Source of the DNA: Eledone cirrhosa
Lineage: Eukaryota
Reading direction: 5' to 3'
DNA length: 64,000 nucleotides
Assembly (NCBI GenBank): GCA_964016885.1
Contig: CAXHJY010000040.1
Span: forward strand, 1 to 64,000
In this document: positions 1 to 14,569 of the stretch, in pieces
Layout: each line of letters opens with the position of its first letter
How positions within the stretch are numbered: position 1 is the first letter of the stretch
Position numbers and translations under genes: made by a program
The notes under the pieces: model-generated
What the model saw: only the letters and a program-made list of their open reading frames with translations
Told to the model about the DNA's origin: nothing
Database searches by the model: none

Positions 1-264
1 CACATATATATCTATCTATCTATAATATATAGAGACACACATATGTACATGCAAGTGTTTGTCTATCAGGTGTGAATGACGATTTTAGGTATCTATGGGA
101 AACGAATCCTTACACGCAACCAACGCACAGATGGGAAAATGGCTGTCATATGATCGTCCTTGAATTACATGTTTGAGACAACCAGAAATGATGGCGGGTT
201 GCTGGTAGGGGCTGACATGTGAGCAAGAGGGCTAGTTGCGATGGTAGTGGTGGTGTTGTAGCTA

Positions 265-1062
265 GGCCAGTGGTGGTGTAGGCAAGCCAGTGGTGATGTA
301 GGTAAGCCAGTGGTAGTGTAGGCAGGCCAGTGGTTGTGTAGGCAAGCCAGTGGTGATGTAGGGCAAGCCAGTGGTGATGTAGGTAAGCCAGTGGTGATGT
401 AGGCAAGCCAGTGGTGATGTAGGTAAGCCAGTGGTGATGTAGGCAAGCCAGTGTAGTGTAGGCAAGCCAGTGGTTTGTGTAGGCAAGCCAGTGGTGGTGT
501 AGGCAAGCCAGTGGTGATGTAGGTAAGCCAGTGGTGATGTAGGCAAGCCAGTGGTAGTGTAGGCAAGCCAGTGGTGGTGTAGGCAAAGCCAGTGGTGATG
601 TAGGTAAGCCAGTGGTGATTGTAGGCAAGCCAGTGGTGATGTAGGCAAGCCAGTGGTGATGTAGGCAAGCCAGTGGTGATGTAGCAAGCCAGTGGTAGTG
701 TAGGCAAGCCAGTGGTAGTGTAGGCAAGCCAATGGTGATGCAGGCAAGCCGGTGGTAGTGTAGGCAAGCCAGTGGTGGTTTAGGCAAGCCAGTAGTAGTG
801 TAGGCAAGCCAGTGGTGGTGTAGGCAAGCCGGGTGGTAGTGTAGGCAAGCAGTGGTGATGTAGGCAAGCCAGTGGTGGTTTAGGCAAGCCAGTAGTAGTG
901 TAGGCAAGCCAGTAGTAGGTGTAGGCAAGCCAGTGGTGGTGTAGGCAAGCCAGTGGTGATGTAGGCAAGCCAGTGGTAGTGTAGGCAAGCCAGTGGTGAT
1001 GTAGGCAAGCCAGTGGTGATGTAGGCAAGCCAGTGGTGGTGTAGGCAAGCCAGTGGTAGTGT
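265..1062. repeat. 20-bp GC-rich minisatellite (GTAGGCAAGCCAGTGGTGAT)n, about 40 copies
   Basis: Unit read directly, with variants GAT/AGT/GGT and single-base indels; it explains the overlapping PLACLHHHWLAY ORFs. Confidence 0.95.
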
Positions 1063-1359
1063 AGATAAGCTAGTGAAGATGGTGGTGTGATATTGAAGTC
1101 GACACAACGCCATTAAATTCGACACGACGCCATTAAAGGTAACTCAAATTACACAAAAGAGGCATTGCTTACTGAACGGGAAACATTTAGAGCTACACTC
1201 ACCACATGACAGTTCGTGGAGATCGCGTGTGTATATATGTGTGTACGTGTGTATATATATATATATATATACTTATGTGTGCGTGTGTGTAGTGTGTATG
1301 TATGCGTATGTATATAAATATGCCATTGTGTGTGTGCGTATACATATATATATATATAT

Positions 1360-1444
<85 letters not shown>

Positions 1445-1641
1445 ACACATATACACACACTCATTTACATCTAAATTCATATATGTATATCACAACAGTA
1501 ATTTTACACCATAAACAGCACATTTTATACCTGTGTGTGAGTGTATAGTGTGCATGCATACATATATATACATATATCTATATATATGTGCATGCACACA
1601 TTATACATATAAACACGCAAATATATATATATATATATTTA

Positions 1642-1955
1642 TCACATACACCTGTATACACACATAAGCAGGCGTATATATATATATATATATATCACAT
1701 ACACCTGTAGACATACATAAGCAGGCGTATATATATATATATATATCACATAAGCAGGCGTATATATATATATATATATCACATAAGCAGGCGTATATAT
1801 ATATCTATATATCACATAAGCAGGCGTATATATATATCTATATATCACATAAGCAGGCGTATATATATATCTATATATCACATAAGCAGGTGTATATATA
1901 TATATATATCACATAAGCAGGCGTATATATATATATATATATCACATAAGCAGGC

Positions 1956-1990
<35 letters not shown>

Positions 1991-2420
1991 ATACACCTGT
2001 AGACATACATAAGCAGGCGTATATATATATATATATCACATAAGCAGGCGTATATATATATATATCATATACACCTGTATACACACATAAGCAGGCGTAT
2101 ATATATATATATCACATACACCTGTATACAGACATAAGCAGGTGTATATATATATATATATATATATATCACATACACCTGTATACAGACATAAGCAGGT
2201 GTATATATATATATATATATCACATACACCTGTATACACACATAAGCAGGCGTATATATATATATATATATCACATACACCTGTAGGCGTATATATATAT
2301 ATATATATATATCACATACACCTGTATACATACATAAGCAGGCGTATATATATATATATCACATAAAGGAGGCGTATATATATATCACATACACCTGTAT
2401 ACACACATAAGCAGGCGTGT
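1642..2420. repeat. Composite minisatellite: CACATAAGCAGGCG(TA)n with optional CACATACACCTGTA module
   Basis: Recurrent modules separated by variable (TA)n. Confidence 0.9.
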
Positions 2421-2683
2421 GTATATACACAACACAGACACACACACACACACACACACACACTTACAGGCGATACCGTGAAGAAAGAAGGTGAATACAA
2501 ACATGCTCGTTTGAACACGAACAGGAAAATTATTTAGAATTTGCATTAATTGTAAAACAATGACAACAATAAGAAAGCGTGTGTCACTGGCCAGCTGTAT
2601 TATTGTGATCAACACTGAGCATGCGTACAGCTGAGGGAAACACACGTATATATTACATATATGGTCATAGACAAACATTATAT

Positions 2684-2728
<45 letters not shown>

Positions 2729-2732
<4 letters not shown>

Positions 2733-3064
2733 GCCGTGTATATGGGTATATAGATATACATATAATTACATAAATTATGTATATATAAATATATATATAT
2801 ACACGCAGTGTATATGGTATATAAATATACATATAATTACATGAATTATGTATATATAAATATATATATATACACGTAGTGTATATGGGTATATAAATAT
2901 ACATATAATTACATGAATTATGTATATATAAATATATATATATACACGTAGTGTATATGGGTATATAAATATACATATAATTACATGAATTATGTATATA
3001 TAAATATATATATATATACACGTAGTGTATATGGGTATATAAATATACATATAATTACATGAAT

Positions 3065-3068
<4 letters not shown>
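2729..3068. repeat. About 72-bp tandem repeat, about 5 copies
   Basis: ACACGTAGTGTATATGGGTATATAAATATACATATAATTACATGAATTATG recurs at about 72-bp spacing. Confidence 0.9.
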
Positions 3069-3112
<44 letters not shown>

Positions 3113-3220
3113 GATACACTCTCTCATAGACATGCATATACACACACACACATTCTGTACAGAAGAAGTTTATTACACGCAAACATTTAAAGCAGGACAC
3201 AGATATATCCGCACACACAG

Positions 3221-3279
<59 letters not shown>

Positions 3280-3758
3280 TCATTCAAACGTTCGTAGGAA
3301 GGAACAAATGACATTCACAAGCAATCCAACGTGAGGGGGAGAGATAGAGGGGGTGAGAGAGAGGGGGTGAGAGAGAGAGAGGGGTGAGAGAGAGAGAGAG
3401 GGGTGAGAGAGAGAGGAGTGAGAGAGAGGGGTGAGAGAGAGGGTGAGAGAGAGGGGGAGCGAGAGGGTGAGAACAAGAAGAAAGAAAGAGGAAAAGAGAG
3501 CAAGTAAAAAAGAGAGTGAAGGAAAGCGAATGAGATTCTCACGTACATATGCACATTCGTATATATATATATAAACACACACACACATACGTGTGTGTGT
3601 GTACACACACACACTGTTAACCGCAAGGGAAAAAAATATTACACGAAGTATAAAAAGTCAAAATAAAGGAAAAGAAAAAACGAATACGCCAAGATGGCCG
3701 ATGTTTTCTACGACATTTAAATGAAATTTACATTCCGCCATTTTGAAATTCTTACATA

Positions 3759-3811
<53 letters not shown>

Positions 3812-4005
3812 GAGTGTGAGAGAGAGAGAGAGAGAGTGTGAGAGAGAGAAAAAGAGAGTGAGTAAGAGAGAGAAAAAGAGAGTGAGTAAGAGAGAGAAAA
3901 AGAGAGTGAGTAAGAGAGAGAAAAAGAGAGTGAGTAAGAGTGAGTAAGAGAGAGTAAGAGAGAGAAAGAGAGTGAGTAAGAGAGAGAGAGGGGGGAGAGA
4001 GAGAA

Positions 4006-4052
<47 letters not shown>

Positions 4053-4086
4053 AAGAGAGAGAGAGAAAGAGAGTGAGTAAGAGAGA

Positions 4087-4162
4087 TAACCACAGTAAGT
4101 AAGGTACTCAATATATTAGTAGAATGTAAACATGTTTAATATAGAAACAATTTCTATATTAA

Positions 4163-4164
<2 letters not shown>
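4087..4164 (-). mobile_element. Family B element, internally deleted fold-back copy
   Basis: AACCACAGTAAGTAAGGTACTCAATA..TAGTAGA matches 32975, 37036 and 43626; ends in the 14-bp inverted repeat GTTTAATATAGAAA-caa-TTTCTATATTAAAC. Confidence 0.75.
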
Positions 4165-4255
<91 letters not shown>

Positions 4256-4323
4256 GACAAACATATATATACACACAGACAAACATATATATTATATATA
4301 TATATATATATATACAGATCTTC

Positions 4324-4472
4324 ACAGTTTTCCCTCTACCGAACTCCATCCACTCAGGCGCCATTGATCATATAAAGTTCTCAGAAGAGGATACTTGCCC
4401 ACAGTGCTACGCAGTGAGTCCTAACCCGAACCCCACGTGATTATTACCAAAACGAGGCACCTTAAGCCACAT
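4324..4472 (-). mobile_element. Degenerate tRNA-derived SINE fragment
   Basis: GATACTTGCCCACAG resembles the reverse complement of the CCTTGGGCAAGT core motif, followed by a decayed tRNA-like head. Confidence 0.45.
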
Positions 4473-4728
4473 ACCCATCACTGTTCTTCCTAACAACCAT
4501 TATTTTTAACGATAAAACAATTATCAACTTGATAATGATAATTACCTTTAGTAATAATAATAATTATTATTAATAATAAAAATAATGACTATTAGCCCTA
4601 TAATAATAATTATAATGTCCATTTAGAGATATATTATCGATTAATGAATATTAGCCATTTGATAATGATAATACTATTACGAGATATCCATTATTGTAAT
4701 TCCCTTTCTCTCTCTGTGTTATATATAT

Positions 4729-4839
<111 letters not shown>

Positions 4840-5118
4840 CAGAGAGAGAGGGGGGGGGGCAGAGAGAGAGAGTATGGGGGCGGGGCAGGGAGAGAGTGAG
4901 GCAGAGAAAGAGAGAGAGAGACAGAGAAAGAAAAAGAGAAAGTGAGAGAGAGGGAGTGAGAGAAAGAGGGAGTGAGAGAAAGAGAGATGAGAGAAAGAGA
5001 GGGAGTGAGAGAAAGAGGGATGAGAGAAAGAGAGGGAGTGAGAGAAAGAGAGGGAGTGAGAGAAAGAGGGAGTGAGAGATTTGAGATTAAGCTATGTGGG
5101 AAACACACACGTGTGTGT

Positions 5119-5194
<76 letters not shown>

Positions 5195-5337
5195 CAGTGC
5201 GTGTGTGAAGTTGTGCATACGAAGTATAAGTATGTGTGTATACGTATGTATCTAACATTGTGTATATATGTATATAACAGTGTCTGTATATATGTATGTA
5301 TATATATCCTATATATATGTAAGTATCCATCAGTACT

Positions 5338-5369
<32 letters not shown>

Positions 5370-5539
5370 TACATATATATATACATATATACATATATAT
5401 ACACATATATATACATATATATACACATATATATACATATATATACACATATATATACATATATACATATATATATATACAATTATATATATATATATAT
5501 ATACATAGATATATATATATATATATATACACATAGATA

Positions 5540-5571
<32 letters not shown>

Positions 5572-5632
5572 CATATATACATATATATATATATATACAT
5601 ATATACATACATATATATACACATATATATAC

Positions 5633-5685
<53 letters not shown>

Positions 5686-5695
5686 CATATATATA

Positions 5696-5743
<48 letters not shown>

Positions 5744-5754
5744 CATATATATAC

Positions 5755-5801
<47 letters not shown>

Positions 5802-6220
5802 CATATATACTGATATATATATATATATATATATATCAGTATATAAATATGTATATAATCCCACTGTTATCTTGAGGGATAAGATGTGACCCCAATACAA
5901 CTGAATGTTGTTTTTCTTTAATGAACCCCTAATTTCCTTAGATTATTCAATTACCTACTTCATTTATTTATTTATTTACATTAATTATATATAGGAGGCT
6001 TTATTTATTTATATTAATTAATTTAACTAAAAAAAACTTTGCAAAAATCTAATTTATCTAGGACATGGCGTATTAGTCGAAGTCTTTTTAATCTGTATTT
6101 TATGCAAACACACGTATGTATGTATGTATGTATGTATGTATGTATGTATGTATGTATGTATGTATGTATGTATGTATGTATGTATGTATGTATGTATGTA
6201 TGTATGTATGTATGTATGTA

Positions 6221-6294
<74 letters not shown>

Positions 6295-6402
6295 GTGTGT
6301 GTGTGTGTGTATCAGATGATCCTGCTTAGTGTAAAGCAAGTCTTTTGCTTAAACTTCTTATCTGTACTAATAGTGTGTTGTGTGTGTATACACGCAACAC
6401 AC

Positions 6403-6450
<48 letters not shown>

Positions 6451-6470
6451 TGTGTGTACACACGCAACAT

Positions 6471-6526
<56 letters not shown>

Positions 6527-6975
6527 ATATATTCCTACTATACCAAGCGTTAAACTAATATATTTCTCTATTCTACTGTGATGTTCGCTTTGTTGTTTCC
6601 TTTTACTATTTGCCTGTATGTATGTATGTATGTATGTATGTATGTATGTATGTATGTATGTATGTATGTATGTATGTATATATATATATACACACACACA
6701 TATATATCCATATCAATGTATTGGATAAATAATGTATTTCGCTACATGAGCTTGTCATGTATAAAAATACACAACAGAGTGTATATCTATATATAGACAA
6801 TATTAATCACACATACACACACATATATATATATATACATATATACATACATATATATATATAAACACGCATACTATACGCAATAAATATATCGTTTGAT
6901 ACGCTTAACACAGTCACAGCATGACTAATAACATACATTATACCACTACAAACAGTATAACTATATATATAACAG

Positions 6976-7011
<36 letters not shown>

Positions 7012-7709
7012 CCCTGCAGCATATGATATCACGTATGTATATGAAATAAGATTAATGTCATTATGGCGCATTGATATATCAAATACATAGCATAACATAC
7101 TGCGTGTATATGTGTGTATATATATATGCGTGTGATATACCCTGTTGTGTATATATTAGTTTGTAATTTAGTTTATCACACGGTATGAGAGGGAATGAGT
7201 GAGTGAGAGCGAGACAGAGATCGAGAGAGAGAGAGATAGCGCATGAGAGAGAGAGAGATGGAGAGAGAGAGAGAGAGAGATGGAGAGAGAGATGAGGGGG
7301 GGGGGGGATAGCGAATGGGGGGGGGGGGGGATAGCGAATGTGAGGGGGAGGGCGAATGAGAGAGATGGTGACAGAATGAATGAGTGAGAGAGATGGTGAC
7401 AGAATGAGTGAGAAAAAGAGAGAGTGAATGAGAGAAAGAGAGAGTGAGTGAGAGAAAGAGAGAGTGAGTGTAAAGAGAGAGAGAGAGAAACAGGGAGACA
7501 TATAAATGCGCAGGGAGAGGATGTTAGCCGCACACACAGACAGAAATCTTCAGATTAACACACATGCACATATATCGGCAGTGTGACACACACACACACG
7601 CAGTCAGAGTGTGTGACTAAAATATCACACATAAACAGACACACACACACACACAGTGTGTGAGAGAGAGAGAGAGAGAGAGAGACGCGATATGGGAGAG
7701 AGAAAGTGT

Positions 7710-7761
<52 letters not shown>

Positions 7762-8346
7762 GATAGGGGGAGATGAGAGAGGGAGACAAATGTAAATAGG
7801 GATATAGATCGAGAAAGATAGGGAGAGAGAAAGATAGGGAGAGAGATATATGAGGGGGAGAGAGATATAAGAGGGAGAGAGATATATGAGGGGGAGAGAG
7901 GGGGAGCGATATATAAGAGGGGAGAGAGGGGGAGCGATATATAAGAGGGAGAGCGATATATAAGAGGGACAGAGAGAGGGGGAGCGATATATAAGGGGAG
8001 AGAGAGAGGGGAAGCGATATATAAGAGGGAGAGAGAGGAAAGGGAATATGAGAGGGGGAGAGAGAGGAATGGGAATATGAGAGGGGGGAGAGGAGAGGAA
8101 TGGGAATATGAGAGAGAAAGAAAGCATAAGAGAGGGATGAGAGAGAAAGAAAGCACAAGAGAGGGATGAGAGAGAAAGAAAGCATAAGAGAGGGATGAGA
8201 GAGGGAGAGAGACTGTGAAGAAACAGGATTGTTATATAGTGAAAACTCCAGCAGCAGATTCTATGCAGCGTGAACAGAATGAATAATACATACAGAGAGG
8301 ACTGGGTGTATATATATATATATATATATATGCGTGCATATCTGCT

Positions 8347-8408
<62 letters not shown>

Positions 8409-8418
8409 CATATCTGTT

Positions 8419-8450
<32 letters not shown>

Positions 8451-8471
8451 CACAGATATATATATACACAG

Positions 8472-8504
<33 letters not shown>

Positions 8505-8678
8505 TCTATATATTGGTGTATATATATATAATGCCTAACCGTGTGTGACTTTTTGGTTAAATGAATAATATATATTGAGAGAACAGGGTGTATATATGTT
8601 TATATATATATATATATATATATATGAATATATATATATATATATATATGAATATATATATATATATATGAATATATA

Positions 8679-8719
<41 letters not shown>

Positions 8720-9035
8720 TATATATATATATGCTTGAGTATGTACGACTTGGTTAAATAAGAAATATATACAGAGAGAAACCTGGATTTACACACACAC
8801 ACACACACACACATTTATATATATATATATACACACATATACATACATACACATATGTGTTTGTGTGACTTAGTTAAATGAATGAAGAAGTGTAAGCGTG
8901 CATGTGTCACGCTAAAAACGTGTGTGAGTGTATGCGTACGTGGGTGTATGTAAATGTGTGTTGTATGTGCATTTATTTTGAGTATATGCGTATGCACCCG
9001 TACTGCTTGTGCGTGTGTATGCATGATCGTGTGCG

Positions 9036-9079
<44 letters not shown>

Positions 9080-9554
9080 TCTATGTGTGGTGTGCAAATG
9101 CGTGGGTATATATATGTATGAATGAATGAATGCGTGTGTATTTTATGTACGTGTATGAATGCGCGTTTGTTTGGGTAAAATATATATATATGTGTATATA
9201 TGTATGTATATATGTATGTATGTGAATGTGTATGTATGTATGTATGTATGCATGTGAATGTGTCTATGAATGCGTGTGTATTTTATGTACGTGTATGAAT
9301 GCGCGTTTGTTTGGGTAATATATATATATATGTGTATATATGTATGTATATATGTATGTATGTGAATGTGTATGTATGTATGTATGTATGTATGTATGTA
9401 TGTATGTATGTATGTATGTATGTATGTATGTATGTATGTATGTATGTATGTATGTGTCTATGAATGCGTGTGTATGTGCAGAAAGTGGCAGGCGTTTTAT
9501 TGATTCCACACCTTGATGCATTCCATCGCTGGAACTGAGAGACAGGCGCGTGTG

Positions 9555-9644
<90 letters not shown>

Positions 9645-9677
9645 GGTGAACAGAATTGGGGTTAGTAATATATAGAG

Positions 9678-10150
9678 TGGTGGTGGTGTGGTGTGATGGT
9701 GATGTGGTGGTGGTGGTGATGTGGTTGTGATGATGGTGATGTGGTGGTGGTGATGTGGTTGTGATGATGGTGATGTGGTGATGGTGATGTGATTGTGATG
9801 ATGGTGATGTGGTGATGGTGATGTGGTTGTGATGATGGTGATGTGGTGGTGGTGATGTGGTTGTGGTGGTGGTGATGTGGTTGTGGTGATGGTGATGTGG
9901 TGGTGGTGATGTGGTTGTGATGATGGTGATGTGGTGGTGGTGATGTGGTTGTAGTGATGTGTTGCGATGGTGGTGATGTGATGGTGATGCTGTGATGGTG
10001 GTGGCGTAGTTTTTGTTCTGATGATGGTGATGTGGTTGTGATGATGGTGATGTGGTGCTGGTGGTGGTGATGTGGTTGTGATGATGGTGATGTCATGGTG
10101 GTGGTGGTGGTGGTGATGTGGTTGTGATGATGGCGTGGTGGTGGTGATGT
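9678..10150. repeat. (GTG/GAT)-derived low-complexity minisatellite
   Basis: GGTGATGTGGTTGTGATGAT-type units. Confidence 0.85.
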
Positions 10151-10160
10151 CTATGAGGTG

Positions 10161-10345
10161 ATAATTGCTTCTACTATTGGCACAAGGCCAGCAATTACCC
10201 CAGTGTATTACTGCTACTTTATTTTATCGACCCCCCGTAAAGATAAAAGGCAAAGTTAACCTCGGCGGGATTTGAACTCAGAATGGAAAGGGCCGTAACT
10301 CTATGCTGCAAAGCATGGCGTCCGACCCTCTACCGATACTGCCAA
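10161..10345 (-). mobile_element. tRNA-derived SINE, family G, full length
   Basis: Reverse complement has A-box-like TGGCAGTATCGG, B-box GAGTTCAAATCCC and central GCCTTT-ATC..GGGGTCGATAAAATAAAGTA; about 11 copies in the window. Confidence 0.85.
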
Positions 10346-10755
10346 TAATGATGGTGATGGGATTCTCATGATGGTAATGTGACGGAGGTTGGGGCTGTAG
10401 GTGATTTGATGGTGACGGTCGTGGGGTTGTGATAGTGGTGGTGGTGGTGGTGGTGTAGGTGACAATAAAAGCACCCCAGTACACGCTGAAAAGTGGTTAT
10501 TGATAAGAAGGGCATCCAGCCGTAGAGTACATGCTAAACAAGAGATTGGGAGAACCCTTCAGCTTATGTAAAAAAACACGACATCTTCTGCTCTGTACCC
10601 AATAGAACGTATGACGGATATGTAAGCGAAATACAGACCCCTTCGGGTCACTAGCCCCGCTTCAGTACTGACAGGGTCTATGTAGACCCGTACAACCCTT
10701 GCTAGCAGAGAAAGCGATGATAATGGAGATACATATCTGTGTGGATGTATAAAGG

Positions 10756-10795
<40 letters not shown>

Positions 10796-10840
10796 ATGTA
10801 TATTTGCATATATATATACACATATATATATCTTAGGAAC

Positions 10841-11050
10841 GATCGACTTTCGTCAAATCAGACCGAGGAAACAATGTTTCCGTTGGTCTTTCCAATTGCT
10901 AATACTATCTATCGGTCGCAACTCCAGGTAGAAGGAGCAACGTGAAATAAAGTGTCTTGCTCAAGGACATAACGCATCGCCTGGTCCAGGAATTGAACTC
11001 ACAACCTCACGATTGCGAATCCAATTCTCTAACCATTCAGCCACACGCCT

Positions 11051-11054
<4 letters not shown>
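10841..11054 (-). mobile_element. tRNA-derived SINE, family F (CORE-like central motif)
   Basis: Reverse complement: TGGCTGAATGG A-box, GAGTTCAATTCC B-box, TCCTTGAGCAAGACACTT; body shared with 25226 and 41841. Confidence 0.85.
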
Positions 11055-11145
<91 letters not shown>

Positions 11146-11215
11146 AGTATACAAAGATGCAAATCGGTTCTAGCACTCTATGAACTCTAAACAACTTCGT
11201 ATTTTCCTCTTTATT

Positions 11216-11300
<85 letters not shown>

Positions 11301-11303
<3 letters not shown>

Positions 11304-11498
11304 CGAAGGAAATGTGGTAAGGAACCAGATGGACCATAGCGCACCAAAGTACTCAATACTTAGGGTAGTAGAGTGGGTAATAGGGACGAGTAGGAGAAGC
11401 CCGACGGCTGAGCTCAAGCCGTTTTGACGGCTAATTCTGGGTCCAGAAATAGCCGTCGAAACGGCTTGAGCTCAGCCGTCGGGGTCCTACTACTCGTT

Positions 11499-11500
<2 letters not shown>
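11301..11500 (-). mobile_element. Family C fold-back element between (TG)n and (TA)n
   Basis: About 41-bp inverted arms 11400-11440/11443-11483 plus a 100-bp tail shared with 24579, 35480, 42546, 43360 and 62880. Confidence 0.85.
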
Positions 11501-11542
<42 letters not shown>

Positions 11543-11564
11543 ATGAAATGCTTTGAAAGCGCAA

Positions 11565-11658
11565 AACATATCTGAGGACCTTGCGAATGCAGAGTCAGGT
11601 TCGATATGTAACAGGTCCTGCCTTGAGCTGATCGTCAGAGAAACATATGTAATATGTT
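11565..11658 (+). ncRNA. Minimal type I hammerhead ribozyme motif
   Basis: Stem I AACAUAU/AUAUGUU; CUGAGGA 11572-11578; long imperfect stem II; GAAA 11640-11643; palindromic stem III ACAUAUGU; predicted GUA site ending at 11651. Confidence 0.7.
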
Positions 11659-12099
11659 AATATATTGTGATTTGACGCACATCACTGATTCCTCGTTATC
11701 TATTATATATAAACTAGTCTGTGTACGACTATAATAGTATGCTGTAGCCTTAAAAGAACTCTTATATCCTACAGCAGACCCAGAAGGACCAACCCCATAA
11801 AAGCGTCATCCGGGGTGAATCGCCCCCGCCCTAGCTACACTACACTGCGTTTATGTGTGTATATGTGTGTGTGTACGTGTGTGTGTGTGTGTGTGTATGT
11901 GTGACAGGGTGTTTAAGGTGAATTTACCAACATTCAGGGTGAAAATGATATATTTATTGGCGAGATGAGAGGATGATAGGATAAATATATTTTATTCAGT
12001 AATGTTATTTCAACAAAGTAGGAGAACAGATCGATAGCATCTTTTTATCGATATTATGCTAAGAGATCGTTAAACAAACACACAAACAAAACAGCCTAT

Positions 12100-12207
<108 letters not shown>

Positions 12208-12519
12208 ATCAGATGGCGTTTGTAATCTTTATATCAACAGAAATATGATTTTTATTTTAGCATTGAGTATATATGTATATAATATATACTATATATATAC
12301 TATATATATATTTATACTATATATATATTTATACTATATATATATATTATACTATGTATATTTATATATATATACAAACACACAGTTACATATACATATA
12401 TATATACAAACACATATTTATATATACACACAAACACACATTTATACACACAAATATACACACACAGACACATATAATACACACATACATATATATATAT
12501 ATAATACACACACACAGTC

Positions 12520-12640
12520 CTTGCCATTCTGAGTTCAAATCCCGCCGAGGTTAACTTTGCCTTTCATCCTTACGGGGTCGATAAAATAAAGTACCAGTAA
12601 TGTACTGGGTATTTGCTGGCCTTGTGCCAAAAGTAGAAAC

Positions 12641-12645
<5 letters not shown>
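12520..12645 (+). mobile_element. SINE family G, 5'-truncated
   Basis: GAGTTCAAATCCCGCCGAGGTTAACTTTGCCTTTCATCC..AAAGTAGAAACAATTA. Confidence 0.85.
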
Positions 12646-12699
<54 letters not shown>

Positions 12700-12907
12700 C
12701 ACACACACACACACACACATTTATATACATAAATATAATATACACACAATATATATATGTATGTATACATACACGTTACACTGTAATTATGCATTAGTGC
12801 GTGTATATAGAATAAATATATATACATTATATATATATATACACACACACATACATACATACATACATACATACACATATATATTCTATATACACACTAA
12901 TATATAA

Positions 12908-13025
12908 AGGTTTCCCGGAGAAATCAGCTACTCAATACATTAATAGAGAGGGTACTTGATTTATTTCCTGGCGATTTTCAACCAAATGAAATATTCTAAG
13001 TCATGCAGAGATAATTTCTATTAGA
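12908..13025. mobile_element. Degenerate family B element with decayed HHR core
   Basis: TACTCAATACATTAATAGAG followed by CCTGGCGATTTTC..ATGAAATATTCTAAGTCATGCAGA, aligning loosely to 56957-57010. Confidence 0.5.
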
Positions 13026-13224
13026 ATTATATTACGTGTTTATATACATACATACATACATACATACAGACAGACATGTGTGTGTGGGGGGGGGGTAGAG
13101 GTAGGGCGCGAGAAGGAGGAGGTGGGGAGGTGGTGAGGTATATTAATCTCAATATCTGCTAACGAGTGTGATTCGAAACAAACGTTAGGATTCACTAAAG
13201 TTCACCCTGCATGTAAATCCCCCT

Positions 13225-13255
<31 letters not shown>

Positions 13256-13294
13256 CTCTCTCTTTCTCCCCCTATCTTCCCTCCATCTATCTAT

Positions 13295-13680
13295 CTATTA
13301 TCTATCTATCTATGTCTGTCTGTCCATCTATTTAGCGCGAACTCACACTAACTCTTACTAAATATCTATCTCTCTATCCGTATATCTCTTTATCTATGTA
13401 TCCCTATATCTAGGTGTTTGTCTATCTATCCAGATATTTGCCTATCTATCTAGTTATTATCTATCTATCTATGTCTGTCTGTCCATCTATTTAGCGCGAA
13501 CTCACACTAACTCTTACTAAATATCTATCTCTCTATCCGTATATCTCTTTATCTATGTATCCCTGTATCTAGGTGTTTGCCTATCTATCTAGTTATTCGG
13601 CTATTTCTCTATCTATCCATGTATTTAGCGCATACTTATACTAACTCTTACTAAATATCTATCTCTCTATCTATCTATCA
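13295..13680. repeat. About 159-bp tandem duplication (2.5 copies) in a (TCTA)n background
   Basis: TTTAGCGCGAACTCACACTAACTCTTACTAAAT near 13331 and 13490, with a partial third copy near 13624. Confidence 0.85.
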
Positions 13681-13710
13681 TACATAGTCGAAGCTGCTGT
13701 TAGTAAACGC

Positions 13711-13747
<37 letters not shown>

Positions 13748-13944
13748 ATAACACCGAGGAACCAGCTCTTAGTCAACGCCTGTCTATCTATCTATTTATA
13801 AATCTATCTATCCGTCTATCTATCTATCTATTTATCTACCCACATGTCTATATATATATATATCTATCTGTCTATCTATCTGTTTTTTATTGTATGTAAT
13901 AAAGAAATATATCTATCTATCTGTCTATATATATATATATATCT

Positions 13945-14569
13945 GTTTTTTATTGTATGTAAACTTCCCCCTTTGTATTGTCCCCTTCTTTTGTGCCACT
14001 GTGGCTAATAAAGAAACATCTATCTATCTATCTATCTATCTATCTGTCTATATATATATCTCTATCTGTCTGTCTATCTGTTTTTTTATTGTATGTAAAC
14101 TTCCCCCTTTGTATTGTCCCCTTCTTTTGTGCCCCTGTGGCTAATAAAGAAACACATCTATCTATTTATCTATCTATCTATCTGTCTATATATATATCTC
14201 TATCTGTCTATCTATCTGTTTTTTTATTGTATGTAAACTTCCCCCTTTGTATTGTCCCCTTCTTTTGTGCCCCTGTGGCTAATAAAGAAACACATCTATC
14301 TATTTATCTATCTATCTATCTGTCTATATATATATCTCTATCTGTCTATCTATCTGTTTTTTTATTGTATGTAAACTTCCCCCTTTGTATTGTCCCCTTC
14401 TTTTGTGCCCCTGTGGCTAATAAAGAAACACATCTATCTATTTATCTATCTACCTATCTGTCTATATATATATCCCTATCTGTCTATCTATCTGTTTTTT
14501 TATTGTATGTAAACTTCCCCCTTTGTAGTGTCCCCTTCTTTTGTGCCCCTGTGGCTAATAAAGAAACAC

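Noticed and set aside
146-1125. Long overlapping ORFs and a superficially CRISPR-like regular repeat
   Set aside because: A contiguous 20-bp minisatellite with no unique spacers and no cas genes; frames are open only because the unit lacks stops
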